Assembly (NCBI RefSeq): GCF_006345805.1
Contig: NC_042997.1
Span: forward strand, 81,716,001 to 81,780,000
Reading direction: 5' to 3'
Source: Octopus sinensis
Lineage: Eukaryota
Length of the DNA stretch: 64,000 nt
In this document: piece by piece, positions 11,501 to 22,470 of the stretch
How the letters are laid out: every line of letters starts with the position of its first letter
How positions within the stretch are numbered: the stretch's first letter is position 1
Position numbers and translations under genes: made by a program
The notes under the pieces: model-generated
The model's database searches: none
What the model saw: the letters and a program-made list of their open reading frames with translations, nothing else
Told to the model about the DNA's origin: nothing

Positions 11501-14500
11501 TCGGGTAGTGTCCCACCAGCTTCCCACACACCGAGAACAGTTCCCGTCTACTTATGCTGGCGCCCAGTTCGGGGATCTCGTTCCCTCACCGGAATACCAA
11601 CGCGCCGGCCTTGTCTCTCCATAGCTTGAGGCCCAGTGCAGCACCTCCCTCCATTGCCTCTGATGGCTTGGCGATCAGTCCAAAACTCTTCAGGTGGCCT
11701 ATGACCTCCATTGCTGGCATTACGGTTTCATCCACCAGAATATCATCAATGTACGAATTGGTGGCCTTTTTTACTCTGTTCACCTTTCCCAGGATGGCCT
11801 TGAGAATTGTTGCCATAATCTTTGGCGCTGAATTCAGTCTGAACCCCAACCTGGTCAGACAGTACGTCTGGCCCTTATATCTGACAAGCTGATACTTCCA
11901 CAGTTTCTCAGCCACATGCACCTGTAGGTATGCCGACTTCAAATCAACGATCGTGGAGGCCCCTGTCATCTGTCTCCACTCTTGCAAGGTGTCTCCGCAG
12001 ACATCTGTGGCCTCGTTGCCTGTATGACATGATATGTGGTCATTCAACTCTCGGAAGTCAGGCACTGGCCTGACCTTTTGCTTTGTGGGCTGTATCACCG
12101 CCATCAGTGGCAGGACTCCGCTCTCTTCTTTTTCCCAAGAGATCAATATGCCCTCCTTAATCCACCGCTCCACCTCCCTCTCGAACTCACTTCTGGCATC
12201 TCCTTTTAGAGTATGCTGATAGCAGCCCACTTTATCTTTTAACGTCGGAGGTTCTCTCTTCCAGTGCCACTTCACTGTCCACCTCTGGCCATCGAAGACA
12301 GCCCGAAAGTCCTGGTCTTCAATGACGTGTGCAGCTTGCTCCTCTTCACGGTTCTCACCAGTGCATGGTCTCGCCATACACGGTTTCCCCGCAAACCCGA
12401 ACATTACACCGGCCTCGTTAACAGTGACACCTTCCAAACGGGTGATTGCATCCATCCCCATCACCACGTCAATCTCGTCCACCAAGTGGCCAACTACAAT
12501 TGCTCGCAGCGTCAGCCTTATTCCCTGCACCACATCTGTAACGCCTTCACAGTGTACTTCTCTTCCGTCGACTGCTCTTACACTGCTTTCTCCACATCAC
12601 GTCTCTACCACTTCTGGAGTCATCAGGGTTGTCGTACAGCCCGTGTCAACAAGTGCTCACGACATCTTTCCTTCCACCAGAATGTCGACTACAGGTAATG
12701 CCGATAAACGCGCCTCTATTGACCAAAGGGACAACTACCGGCACAGTAGTCTCCCTCAGTCCGTTTCCCCGCAGACATTCGCTGGCTATATGCCCCGTTT
12801 CTCGACACCGGTAGCAAATGACCTCAGGCTTGGGTGACTCGCAGTCTCGCACCATGTGCGGGCCATGGCATCGGAAACACTGTCCTTTGAATGGTCGCAC
12901 ACGTTCTTTCTTCGACCCCTCTCTGCTGCTCCTTACTCGGCCACTGTTCGTTGTTGCAGTCGCTGCTACCGACGTCGTTCTGCAGCACGAAACTAGCACG
13001 CGAGCCCGAGATACGATGTCTGCCATCGCCATCGAGTGAACGTTCGGAAGCTTCTGCAACTCGACCGACATGTCAGGAAAGCCAGTCACAAACGCCAATT
13101 TAACCGTCTGGTCCAGCGATTCTCCCTCATATCCCGCCAGTTTAGCCAATTTCCTGAGTTTATTGGCAAATACGTCAACCTGTTCTCCAGCCCATCTTGT
13201 TTTCCCCCGGCGAGCGTATGCCTCAAACATTCCCTCCGCAAAGGCCTCCATCAACCGGATTTCTATTTTCTCCGCGCTAAGTTGGTCCTTCTCTTCCATC
13301 TCTAGATACAGCGCCAATGCCGAACCATCCAAGTACAGCGGTATAAAACTCGCTAGGTCGCTTATACTGTGGAGCTTCGCCACCAACTTCACCTTCTTCA
13401 ACCAAGCGACTACATCTGTGTCACCGCATAATAGTTTGATCATCTCATTCGAAATACGGGCACTCATCGTTCGTTTTTTTTTATGAGCCGAGATAGCTTG
13501 TAGTGTGATGGGGGAAAAGAACAACAGATAAAGAAGCAACGGGAGCAAGAAATACAAAAGTCCTTACCTCGGCGAAATCAGCGGTCTCTCACGAATTCAA
13601 CACGTCCTGTCGCTTTGCCGTCTATGCTGGAACTGACCACGCTTCCTCGCTGACCACACGTGCTTCCTGCCAAGCATGCGCCCTTCACTCTTCCGCCGGT
13701 CCCTGCAAGCCCTACTTCCGCCCACCTCATCTGTCATTTCGCTTGGGAAGCAAGATAACAATTTTTATTCTGGGTTGCAGGTAATTATTTAATGCTCAAA
13801 GTAAGATAGAGGGTGAAAATTCCAATCCAATTAAACACAAGTATTCTATATAGAATGTATGTAGAATACATACATTTCCTTTTCCATTATCTGTAAAAAA
13901 CATTTCGAAATGTTCATGGACCATCCGTACAGCTTATGGACAATTATGTGTATGCTATTATAGAACTGGAGTAAAAACTAAAGTTTTTCTAACATGTCCA
14001 TAAGTTCAGATGTACACTGCAAAAGAAATGAAGAATCAGCTATGAATGTTGTTACAACATATTAAACTTCACCACGAGTGGGACAAACTATAAGACATCT
14101 GGCGCAAGCAAGGAAGATGTATACATAGAGAGAAGGAGTTAAAGGTGATGCGTTCACCCAAGACCGTCTTAACAGTATTATAGGCCCTCAGGTAAATCAA
14201 CGCACTGGGTGCTATTGTATTTATTGACAGCAAGTAACAACATGCATAGAGCAGAATTGGGCCCCTAGGGCCGTGTGACCTTTGGGCAACTTCCCAGTAT
14301 ACCCACGCATTAAGACGGCACTTCATTGACCAAAACGGTTGCCTGCTTTTACGCAAACGGCGTCTTTTACCTAAATTTACTACTACAAGACAGATGTTAA
14401 TACTCCGACGTAGTCTGGTCAGGCGTGTTCGCAGGAATTGTGCGAGGGCACAAGGTCAGAAGGGAATACAATTCCAGGAGGGAAGGGCGTAATAACATTA

Positions 14501-17333
14501 GAAGGTTCACTTCTTTCCTTGAGGGGATGTGCCCCTCAGCACCCCACTCCGAGTCCGCACTTGCTGGTATAAGAGTTCAGTAACTTCTTGAACATTTACC
14601 AACTGTGGATTGCGTTACTATAACACACATTTCAATTTCATCATAAGAAATTGAAATTGTGATACGCCAGTTGTTTCAGAATTTGTATTTGCTGTGCCTG
14701 GAACCGGAGAAAATACCCGGGATCTTTGTGGTTTTCGTCACTGTTTATAATTATCTTTAAAAAAGTTTTTTAATGTATCATATAGGTGTAGGTTTTGACA
14801 CTGAATCCGAATTTGTTATTCATTTATTCAAAAAAAAAAAATTGAAAAAATGTTACAGGTGTTCAAAGTTTGATCATTTTCAGAATTTTCTGCCTTTCAG
14901 AAAACAGCGCGTTCGTTACCTCTTCCATCATCGGGGGTGGGGTGGGTAGGTATCGGCATGTCAAAACATTGTTACTTCCCTTGTACATACATACACATAC
15001 ACACATATACTTACAGAGTTGAAACGCTGCTTTTTTTCTTTTCAGCGTTGAATGTTCACCATCCCACTTCCATTACCCGTGCACATGCACTCACACACAC
15101 ACACAAACATTCACATACCTTCCTTTTACATACTGACACATATACTCACACAGAGTTGAAACGTTCCCACTACCAGTTTGCCATCATCCCTTCGTTCCTT
15201 ATTCATCTATCACCCCTTTCTTTTCTCATTCATCCGCCACTCCTTCCTTTCTCACACATATATATTGTGATGGAGAAAAACACAAGAATATTATTATAGT
15301 AGATTATCTTTCTCGTATCTCCTTCTCGTCTTTGTGCGCATGCGCAGCATTTTTGGTTACTATGGAAACAGAACAGGGTGATGTGTAAAATACTTCTGAT
15401 TGGCTAGAATACCCAAATTTTGCAAAAACACTAAGTGTGAAAAACCAACATAGACAACAGTGGCACAAACAACAGTGAACCACAATACAGCGTGCGATTG
15501 TCATGGTAACTAGCTGCTAATGCCACGCTGTCTGTTGATTGGATAAAATTACCCAAATTTCCTAACTTTAATTCCAAATAACATCAGATTCTTTAATTTA
15601 CGAGATAAAGTAATTGGTTGATTGTGTAGCAATATCGTTCTCTCATTGCTATCTTCACTGTTTAAGAAGAGTATTATGAATAATCTCGTTCGAGATTACA
15701 AACATCTTCGGCTAGTTCAACATTGTTGTAAACACTAATTCGATTGGCTGACACATGGTCTCTACTACGTTCGCACCGCTGGTTATCACGTGACACGATT
15801 TGCCTCCGCTTATTTTCGCGCCATAGTTCCAAGCAGCCAATCACAGCTTTCCATTTCTGAAGTTCATTTGGAGCCACATAAACCTTATAAAACAAGGTTT
15901 CTCTGACAAGTATTCGTCTTAGGTTTCTAGTCCTTCTCAGGGCTAACCTCTGACCACACAGAGCACACTCGACCATGTTCCAGTTTCGAAAGGCAGGCGA
16001 CTACCATTAATACAAGATGTTACAGATTCCTCTCATACTGTTAGTGTGAAAATATCACCACGAAAAGAACGGTTACAGGATATCTATAACTAGAGAAAAA
16101 TAACCAAGCAGAATATATAATGAAGACGCAGCAAAAACCAAGCGACAGACACAACTCATCGCCGAACATCGAAGGTTTAATTTGTACACAAGACAACTAC
16201 AGATTCAACTATAGCGGTTAGGTGAAAATATCACCACGGGAAAAACGGCTACAGTTAATATATCTGGAAGTATATCCATATCAAGAGAAAGATAAACACA
16301 AATGATTCAATTAATCTCAACTACGAGACGCAACATCTTGATATGGAACTCTTACACTGTACCTCATAAATGGTAAATCAATTATCTGTTCTTGGGTTCT
16401 AGTTCTTCTAAGAACTACCTTAAGCCATCTGTTACTACCTGTTGCCAGGCTGATACCAACAACATGAACTGTGAACCAAATTCCATCGTCATTTCACTGG
16501 TCAGTACCTTTTACGCCTCACGAACACACAGACACAAAAACATGCTAACACTTACAAACTTCCAACATCAAACATGATTGTAAAATATGTAAAATAAATA
16601 ATGTATATATCTCAAAAAGAAATCTTGTTGTCATTCCACTTATGTGTTTTGCCGCTGCATGTATTATCTGGTCAGTAAATAATCATTAAGAATGGGATCG
16701 CGTGCGACTGTGTCTCTTATACGATACGCAATACACCAAAATTGAAAGCAATCTGAGTAAAATGACGGAAATTTCATTTTGCGAATGAGAAAGACTAGAT
16801 CCCTAGAGTGTATTGCAAACTTTCATTCTTGATTTTTTTAAAAACTAATAACTGTCTATTTTAAGCAATGTTTTGACAGTTTCTTCTAGCAACTCCTGTT
16901 GGTTTGTTCGTAGCTTTTTAATATTCAGTTTGCTCGCGAATTTGGATTCAGCATCAAAAATTAAATCTATATGATACATTAAAAAGTTTTTTTTAAAGAT
17001 AATTGTAAACAGTAACGAAAACTACAAAGATCCATCTCTTGATTGGTAATTTTCCTCTTTGACTTCATAATAAGTTTTTCTGGCGTATTTTGTGAATGAG
17101 AATAGAATTACAATTTTGAACCAAACCATCTAAACTTCATGTTAGAATAATGACGCAAGAAAAAAAAAACCCCCAGAAAAACAAAGTAATGCAATTTTCG
17201 TTCTTTTTCAGAAATCTGCCACTACAACGGTCGAGTGTACTATGTTAATGATTCATTTCCTTCTTATGACAATTGTAATACGTGCTACTGCCAAGCATCA
17301 GAAAGAGTGGCTTGTACATATAGAGACTGTGTG
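840..17333 (+). CDS. Spliced gene for a secreted protein with two pacifastin/VWC-like 6-Cys domains: join(840-900, 9257-9397, 17212-17333, then an uncertain last exon)
   Basis: Phases are compatible (1, 1-1, 1-0) with GT/AG sites. The join reads MKSFIFVGILTVLTVVLSAP-S-MQGEHCNYNGQIHQVNTSFPSYDGCNTCFCQGQDVVACTLVGCVSI-EICHYNGRVYYVNDSFPSYDNCNTCYCQASERVACTYRDCV (108 aa). Motif C-x18-C-N-T-C-x-C-x7-C-T-x3-C occurs twice. Confidence 0.85.
1000..1145 (-). mobile_element. Degenerate fragment of the tRNA-derived SINE family seen at 36878
   Basis: GAAAGGCAAAG...GATTTGAACTCAGAAC resembles the reverse complement of the 36878 copy. Confidence 0.55.
1190..1383. repeat. (TACA)n microsatellite, probably the 3' tail of the adjacent RTE LINE
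   Basis: Read directly; abuts the 3' end of the minus-strand RTE fragment. Confidence 0.9.
1385..1975 (-). mobile_element. RTE-clade LINE, 3' fragment
   Basis: ORF 1822..2022 contains DEKRIPKQIMYGKPLEGILPQHKARKRFRDNLK, matching the RTE ORF C-terminal motif RIPKQLLYGEL...RKRFKD.LK. Confidence 0.7.
3279..4648 (+). mobile_element. Non-autonomous Helitron inside the hAT intron
   Basis: 3' hairpin CCGTGAA-TTT-TTCACGG (4622-4638), then CTAG (4645-4648) and T. Candidate 5' end A|TCTATAAT at 3279 is less certain. Confidence 0.7.
4405..4555 (-). mobile_element. SINE fragment nested in the Helitron
   Basis: TTATCGACCCCGAAAGGACGAAAGGCAAAGTCGATCTCGGCAGAATTTGAACTCAGAAC is the reverse complement of the 36878 SINE core. 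Confidence 0.85.
5846..6150 (+). mobile_element. Putative 5' LTR (5846-6087, TGTAAC...GTTACA) plus tRNA-Trp-type PBS of a decayed LTR retrotransposon
   Basis: 6-bp inverted termini. TGGTGACCC(T)CGAC at 6090 is complementary to the eukaryotic tRNA-Trp 3' end (GTCGGGGTCACCA). Degraded internal sequence probably continues to ~8.2 kb; no partner LTR found. Confidence 0.6.
6735..6862. repeat. 16-bp minisatellite CACATATTCCRCGATK x8
   Basis: Units read directly; the first five alternate GCGATG/ACGATT, giving a 32-bp period. Confidence 0.95.
8498..8574. repeat. (GA)n microsatellite
   Basis: Read directly. Confidence 0.97.
9257..9397 (+). CDS. Exon 2, Cys-rich domain 1 (CTLVGC)
   Basis: Acceptor TTTTAG ends 9256, donor GTATGT at 9398, 141 nt, phase 1-1; lies in ORF 9193..9405. 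Confidence 0.88.
9478..13737 (-). mobile_element. Near full-length Ty3/Gypsy LTR retrotransposon (gag-PR-RT-RH-IN), frame-disrupted
   Basis: 3' LTR 9478-9775 (TGTGGT...ACTACA on minus) preceded by a G-run PPT (9778-9791). 5' LTR 13499-13737 lacks its outer ~60 bp; 9 differences in 239 shared bp. Gag starts at ATG 13467 with two CCHC knuckles. RT has DLKSAYLQ and YIDD, RNase H has TDSATVLGW, integrase has HH-CxxC and DNG...VERHHRT. RT-RH-IN order is Gypsy-type. Confidence 0.95.
15600..16610 (+). mobile_element. Solo-LTR-like repeat (CCAAT boxes, TATA 15886, AATAAA near 16595), related to 19354-20580
   Basis: Shares blocks GACCAC...CCATGTTCCAGTT and CAACATCTTG...GTACCTCAT...TGGTAAA with the 19.4-20.6 kb repeat. 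Boundaries approximate. Confidence 0.45.
17212..17333 (+). CDS. Exon 3, Cys-rich domain 2 (CTYRDC)
   Basis: Acceptor TTCTTTTTCAG ends 17211, donor GTAAGT at 17334, 122 nt, phase 1-0; 25/41 aa identical to domain 1. Confidence 0.88.
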
Positions 17334-17499
17334 GTAAGTAGCACACACACACACACACACAATGCAGTAATTTCTGTATTTCTCTTTCTATCTTTTCTAG
17401 AGGAATGTTATCTTTTAGGGACTAAACATTGTAGATATTTTAAAGCTTCTTATTTAGCCAACACTATTTAAAAATCTTATTAGAGATATTGGTTTACAC

Positions 17500-19353
17500 G
17501 ACCAATAGCATTTCTCTCCCCGTTGTTCATTTTGCTGTGCAAGCTTATGTTAAATGGCGTCGTTGCCCCTTGCAGCGAAGATAAGAGTCGGCAGTGATGT
17601 CATCAGACCTTTCTATGGCGAAGGTGACGTAGTAGCCTGGATTCGAAAAATCAAAGTTGTGGCCAGGCTACAAAGCATCGAAGATGTAGCGAGCCTCATG
17701 GCGCTGTATTTGGAGGGGAGGGCGCTGGAACAGTGCCTCGAAATGGATGAAGAAGAACAACTGAGCGCGGCGAAGATCGAGCAGCGCTTCGGATAGGCTT
17801 ACACAGATGGAGAGTACGCCGCTTTTGCTAAGCTGGGAACGATCAGATGGAGAGGGGAACAGGTTGACGAATACGCTGCGGAAGTACGGAGGCTGGTTGT
17901 GTTCTCTGGTCTCACTGGTGAGAGACTTGAGAAAGTAGCGCGACTGGCCTTTGTGAATGACTTTCCCGACGACTACAACAGTTGCTAGGCGGCAACAAAA
18001 TGGCGATGAGCGAACTCATTGTTCAAGCCCGTGTGTTGACACAAAACACCTGGCGAAAGGCAGTGGTGATGGCAGCTGCAGAAGTCCGCGACGGCTGGTG
18101 AAGGACGAAAAGAAGCCAACACTGTCCTATCTCCCCTTCTCACGCTTCCTATTCCAGTCAGTCCCTTGACTATTGACGTCATGGCCCTCTTCTTCTGGCT
18201 CATCTCCACTGCCTGTCATTGAGATCGTGGTCAGAGGAAAGACGTTCAAGGTCCTCATAGACACGAGCTGCACAACGACTCTCGTGACCACGAGGGTGAC
18301 AAAGAAATGGAACGGGACGATTAGCGTTCGGGTGGTCGACGGCAGTGATATCGAATGCAAGGGTAACAGCGATGTGAATATAGCGGTGCGAAGTACAACG
18401 CTAAGGCTGCGGGCGATCGCGATCGACCAAGTGTAGATGGAATTGATGTGGTAATGGGGATGGACGTGATTGACCGCCTTGGGTGTGTCAGTGTTGGAAG
18501 AGACGTGGTTTCGTTTCATGCCGTGGAGGCGTCGTGAGTCAGGAATGTGAGCGGTAGCAGAGCCCCGCGAGGATCTGCACTGCCTACGCAATTGAAGACA
18601 AGGATTTTCGGGCGGCGTTCGATGGTCAGCGATGGACGACAGATTGGCCCTGGAAAGAGGGACTCCCGATGCTGAAGAACAGGGTGAGCTGCTACCAGCA
18701 TGCCCTGAAAGGCAGCGACGATCGTCGACTTGAAGTCGGCATATTTGCAGCTCCATGGGAGCGAAAAACTGGCAGTACCAACCGATCCGATACAAAGGCC
18801 AGATATATTGTCTGATAAGGCTGGGTTTGGGGCTGAATTCTGCGCCGACGATCATGACGATAGTGCTCAAATCCATCTTGGGGCAGGTGGTTAGGATACG
18901 GAGGGCCACCAAATTCCTATATAGATGACATCCTAGTGGACGAGACCGTAGTGCTTAACACAGAGGTTGTGAAACATCTGAAGAAACTCGGGCTGATTGC
19001 GAAGCCATCGGAGTCAATGGTTGGAGGAGCTACATTGGGGCTTAAGCTTCAGAGAGACATAACAAGCAAGTTGGTCTTTTGTAGGGGGAACGAGATGCTG
19101 GAGCTGGGTACCAACGTCAGCAGGAGAGAACTGTTCTCCATGTGTGGGGAAATTAGTGGGTCACTATCTGATCGCTGGGTGGCTGCATACGGCATACAGT
19201 TACACTAGGAGATGAGCAGACGGAGAGAATTGGAGTGATAAGGTGGGACGGTGGCGATGATGCAGAAAATGCAGGAGAGGACGAAAACGGAAGACCCAGT
19301 CAGAAGGAGCTGCCTAAATCAGATAACAGGACCGTATGTTGTGATGCTAGCGG
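17500..19353 (+). mobile_element. Second, more decayed Gypsy element of the same lineage (gag-PR-RT to start of RNase H), 3'-truncated
   Basis: ORF 17554..17796 is ~60% identical over 55 aa to the gag N-terminus of the 9478-13737 element. Protease LIDTSCTTTL, YIDDILVDE and CCDAS are present before the break. Confidence 0.9.
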
Positions 19354-20580
19354 TGTTCTGGTACACCCCGATTAGGACAGACCGAAAGCTCCGTGCCACA
19401 TAGGGCGATATTCAAATAGCAGTCAGGTCTCCTTTAGAGTACACTGTTTTAGAAAAGAGCATATTCTGGTGTATCCTGTCTTGTGTTCTGTTGAGACTTA
19501 CATTGACACAGCAACATAAAATAGGTAAGCTGCCAGTGACTTTAGTTACGACCTGTATACTGCAGGACAAAAAGTCCTGCAGTATACAATGCTGAGTCTA
19601 TCCTGCAGGGATGGCAGTTACACCTGGCGAGACAAGTGATTCTCAGAAAAGTGCCAGAGAGGAGTGTTTCCACTGTAGCGATATTGATATCCTCACCCTT
19701 TGAGAGACACAATAAGAATGATCTCTTTTAAGATTACAGCCATCTTTGGCTGGTTTGACCCTGTTGTGTCCACTGATCTGATTGGTTGGCATCTAGCGTG
19801 GTCTGTCTCTCTACTTATTTCGCACCAGAGTGTAAAGCCAACCAATCATGGCCTTGGGATAAGGCCTGCTTCATGTGAACCATCTTTACCCTATAAATAA
19901 GCTAACATTTTCATTATTCTTCATCTTTCGACACCAGACCTTTTAAGGTCTAGTCACTGACCACAGAGCTACTCAGCCATGTTCCAGTTCCAGCGACAGA
20001 TGACCAGCCTGCCAGCCATGCTCCTGCTTCAGCTACGACGACGCTAATGTATACCCGCAACAGGACGTTCTCCATCCCGGCCGCCGTCATCACCACCGTC
20101 GTCCTTCAACAACATGTACACATCAACAACAATGCAAGTTTACTCCACGCTGTTTGTGTGAATCTTTCACCGAGAAGAAAAAGTCGGTCTATCTAAAGAA
20201 CTAACTATATCAAGAGACTCGGCACGGCATGATAGCCACAACTTCTACACGGGTAGTAACTAGCTCTGCCATGTGACCCACAACATCTTGTTATAGAATT
20301 TACTATTGTGTACCTCATGAACTGGTAAACTAACTCCAATCTTAACTCAATTCGCTGAGACTTATCTTATGCTCTGTATTCTGTATTTCTGTTTTATGTG
20401 CTTACACCTTTTGTCTGTACCTTCTGTCGCACACACGAACACACAAACACAAACACTTGTAGCATGCACACATATACAACACTTGCTAGCACTCAACAAC
20501 ACTTTCACTTTATACATTGTAAATAAAGTCTTCTTCTCTCTCAAACAGTAGAACGGTTTGCTGTTTCTCTTTATTCCTTT
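19354..20580 (+). mobile_element. Solo-LTR-like repeat interrupting the second Gypsy element
   Basis: Starts TGTTCTGG where the Gypsy sequence stops; has TATAAATA near 19893, AATAAA near 20522 and homology to the 15.6-16.6 kb repeat. Right boundary approximate. Confidence 0.45.
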
Positions 20581-20626
20581 GGCACTGTATTCTATATTAT
20601 GTATTTGGCCTATCTTATTTTGTTAG

Positions 20627-20785
20627 GGTGCAGCGTTCAAAAGGAGACATTTGTCACCAACTCCTTACGTACAGTCGTTTAACCCTACACCACTAATGTT
20701 TATAGAATGTATATCATCTCACCTTTCCCTATATCTATACTATGCAATGTATTCTTTCCTAATGTTAAATGCATTGGCGATTTAA
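20627..20785 (+). CDS. Candidate terminal exon 4 (GAAFKRRHLSPTPY...NALAI*)
   Basis: TTTTGTTAG acceptor; the phase-0 frame is open 52 codons to TAA; AATAAA at 20818-20823. No homology support. Confidence 0.3.
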   Translation, partial: GAAFKRRHLSPTPYVQSFNPTPLMFIECISSHLSLYLYYAMYSFLMLNALAI

Positions 20786-20946
20786 AGAAAGAAATTTGCT
20801 GCAGTTTATAATAGGTCAATAAATTATGGTTTGTATATGTGAGGCTATGAGTTAATGAAGGAAGATGTTATAGGGATGGGAGGAAAGACCATTAACACAC
20901 ACACATGTATGTACGTATATATATATATATATATAATATATATATA

Positions 20947-20984
<38 letters not shown>

Positions 20985-21149
20985 TATATATATATGCATG
21001 CTCGTGTTTGTGCATGTGCGCCTGTTAGATAGGTCTATAGTTATATTGATTATTTGGTTAAGCTAATTCAGGTTGCACATCTTTCTCATACACAACTAAC
21101 TCCATCTTAGATTTTGATGTGGCCATTTATTTTACACATGAACATTACA

Positions 21150-22470
21150 TTGATATAAAAGTTACTTGCCGTAGGTTATATTGCATGGCTAGATTTGGGA
21201 TTTGATCTGATATAGGTTTTATGCTAGAGTTGAATCTGCTTCCTCCAGTTCCATTACAAGTATCCATTGAGTATCCATTACAAGGTCCATGAGTTGTTTA
21301 TTTGCTCCTGAAGGGCTCAAGTTATACCTGAGAAGATGTAATGCACTATTGGATTTGTAAATTTCTGTCATATATCTCAGTCTCAGAGTCCTTCTTCTAC
21401 CATTAGCTATAGTAGTTTGTAATGAGATGTTACTATAATTATTATTTTCACAATATTTTTGCATTCATCAGGGAATTGCTTAAGTTTAGCATCTGAAACA
21501 GAAATTAATCTTTTTGCTATAACCACTTCTACTGAGAGCTTCATTATAGTATTTTGCAGTATCATTGAAATTCACTTGTTGGCAGAAAGATTAGAGATTG
21601 TAATTGATATATTTCTAACTAAACTGTCTATAATGTATCTAAAATAGTTCAATCTAACGACATAGTGGATAGTCTCATTTGGTTTGTGGTAGGTTAGTAC
21701 AGTTTGAAGTCTAGGTTTAGTCTCATATCTAAAAAGTTGACTATTTTATTACAATTTTCGAAGGAAGTTGATAAATGTTTAAAGAATGAGTGGAGACATT
21801 TCCACAGCCCTTCTAAGTTGGACTGAGAATATTTGGAAATAGTCAGAATAGCATCATCTCTATGCAGTCGACCTACAAGTTCAGAAGCCCTCTGGTAGTT
21901 TATTTAGAAGATACAAGACTCATCAGATCAACAACTTAAGTAGATTCAGATTATCACTAAGCAAAGTCAACCTCAACCACGCAAGATCCTCTGGAAATAG
22001 ATAACCATTCTCCTAGTTAAAAGAATAGTGTCTCTCATCCTTGATTATATTTGTACAGAAAGAAACACTGGAATTTGTTGAGATTTTGATAAACAACAAT
22101 TTATTCTTTTTGTACACAAGAAATGATATTTTTCCTTACTATGAAGAACAAAACGCCCAGAGAGCTTTTGTTCTTGGTGTCACAGCAGCAAATAAAGTGT
22201 GGATATTTGCTTACCAGCTACTGACTTCTAGTGTCATTCTTCTTCTGACTTTTCATTGCCTTTGTCTTGTCAGTAGCAGCAAAAATAATGGTCTTGTTTA
22301 ATAAAATTGAGGAAGTAGATGGTAGTAATAATCTCCTTCATTGCACAAAGGAAGTACTATCTTTACTATAGAGGTTTTCAAACCAGCAGCTGACTGCTAG
22401 TACATTGCCATTATTCGAAGTCAACATATTTTGGTAACCAGTGGAATTATCCTCCCTAGTAGTTTTTGTT
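21150..22470 (-). mobile_element. Highly degraded Penelope-like element
   Basis: Minus strand 21882-21847 reads ELVGRLHRDDAI, resembling the PLE RT GLYRDD motif. Extent approximate. Confidence 0.4.

Noticed and set aside
9470-13745. Target-site duplication for the Gypsy element
   Set aside because: The outer end of the 5' LTR is missing, so no TSD can be scored.
17334-17471. Exon 3 read-through as the true C-terminus
   Set aside because: Runs past a consensus GTAAGT donor into a (CA)n tract; intronic.
15600-20580. Single LTR element that captured exon 3 between two LTRs
   Set aside because: The two repeats share only patchy blocks, far more diverged than an LTR pair; the second one interrupts the Gypsy fragment.
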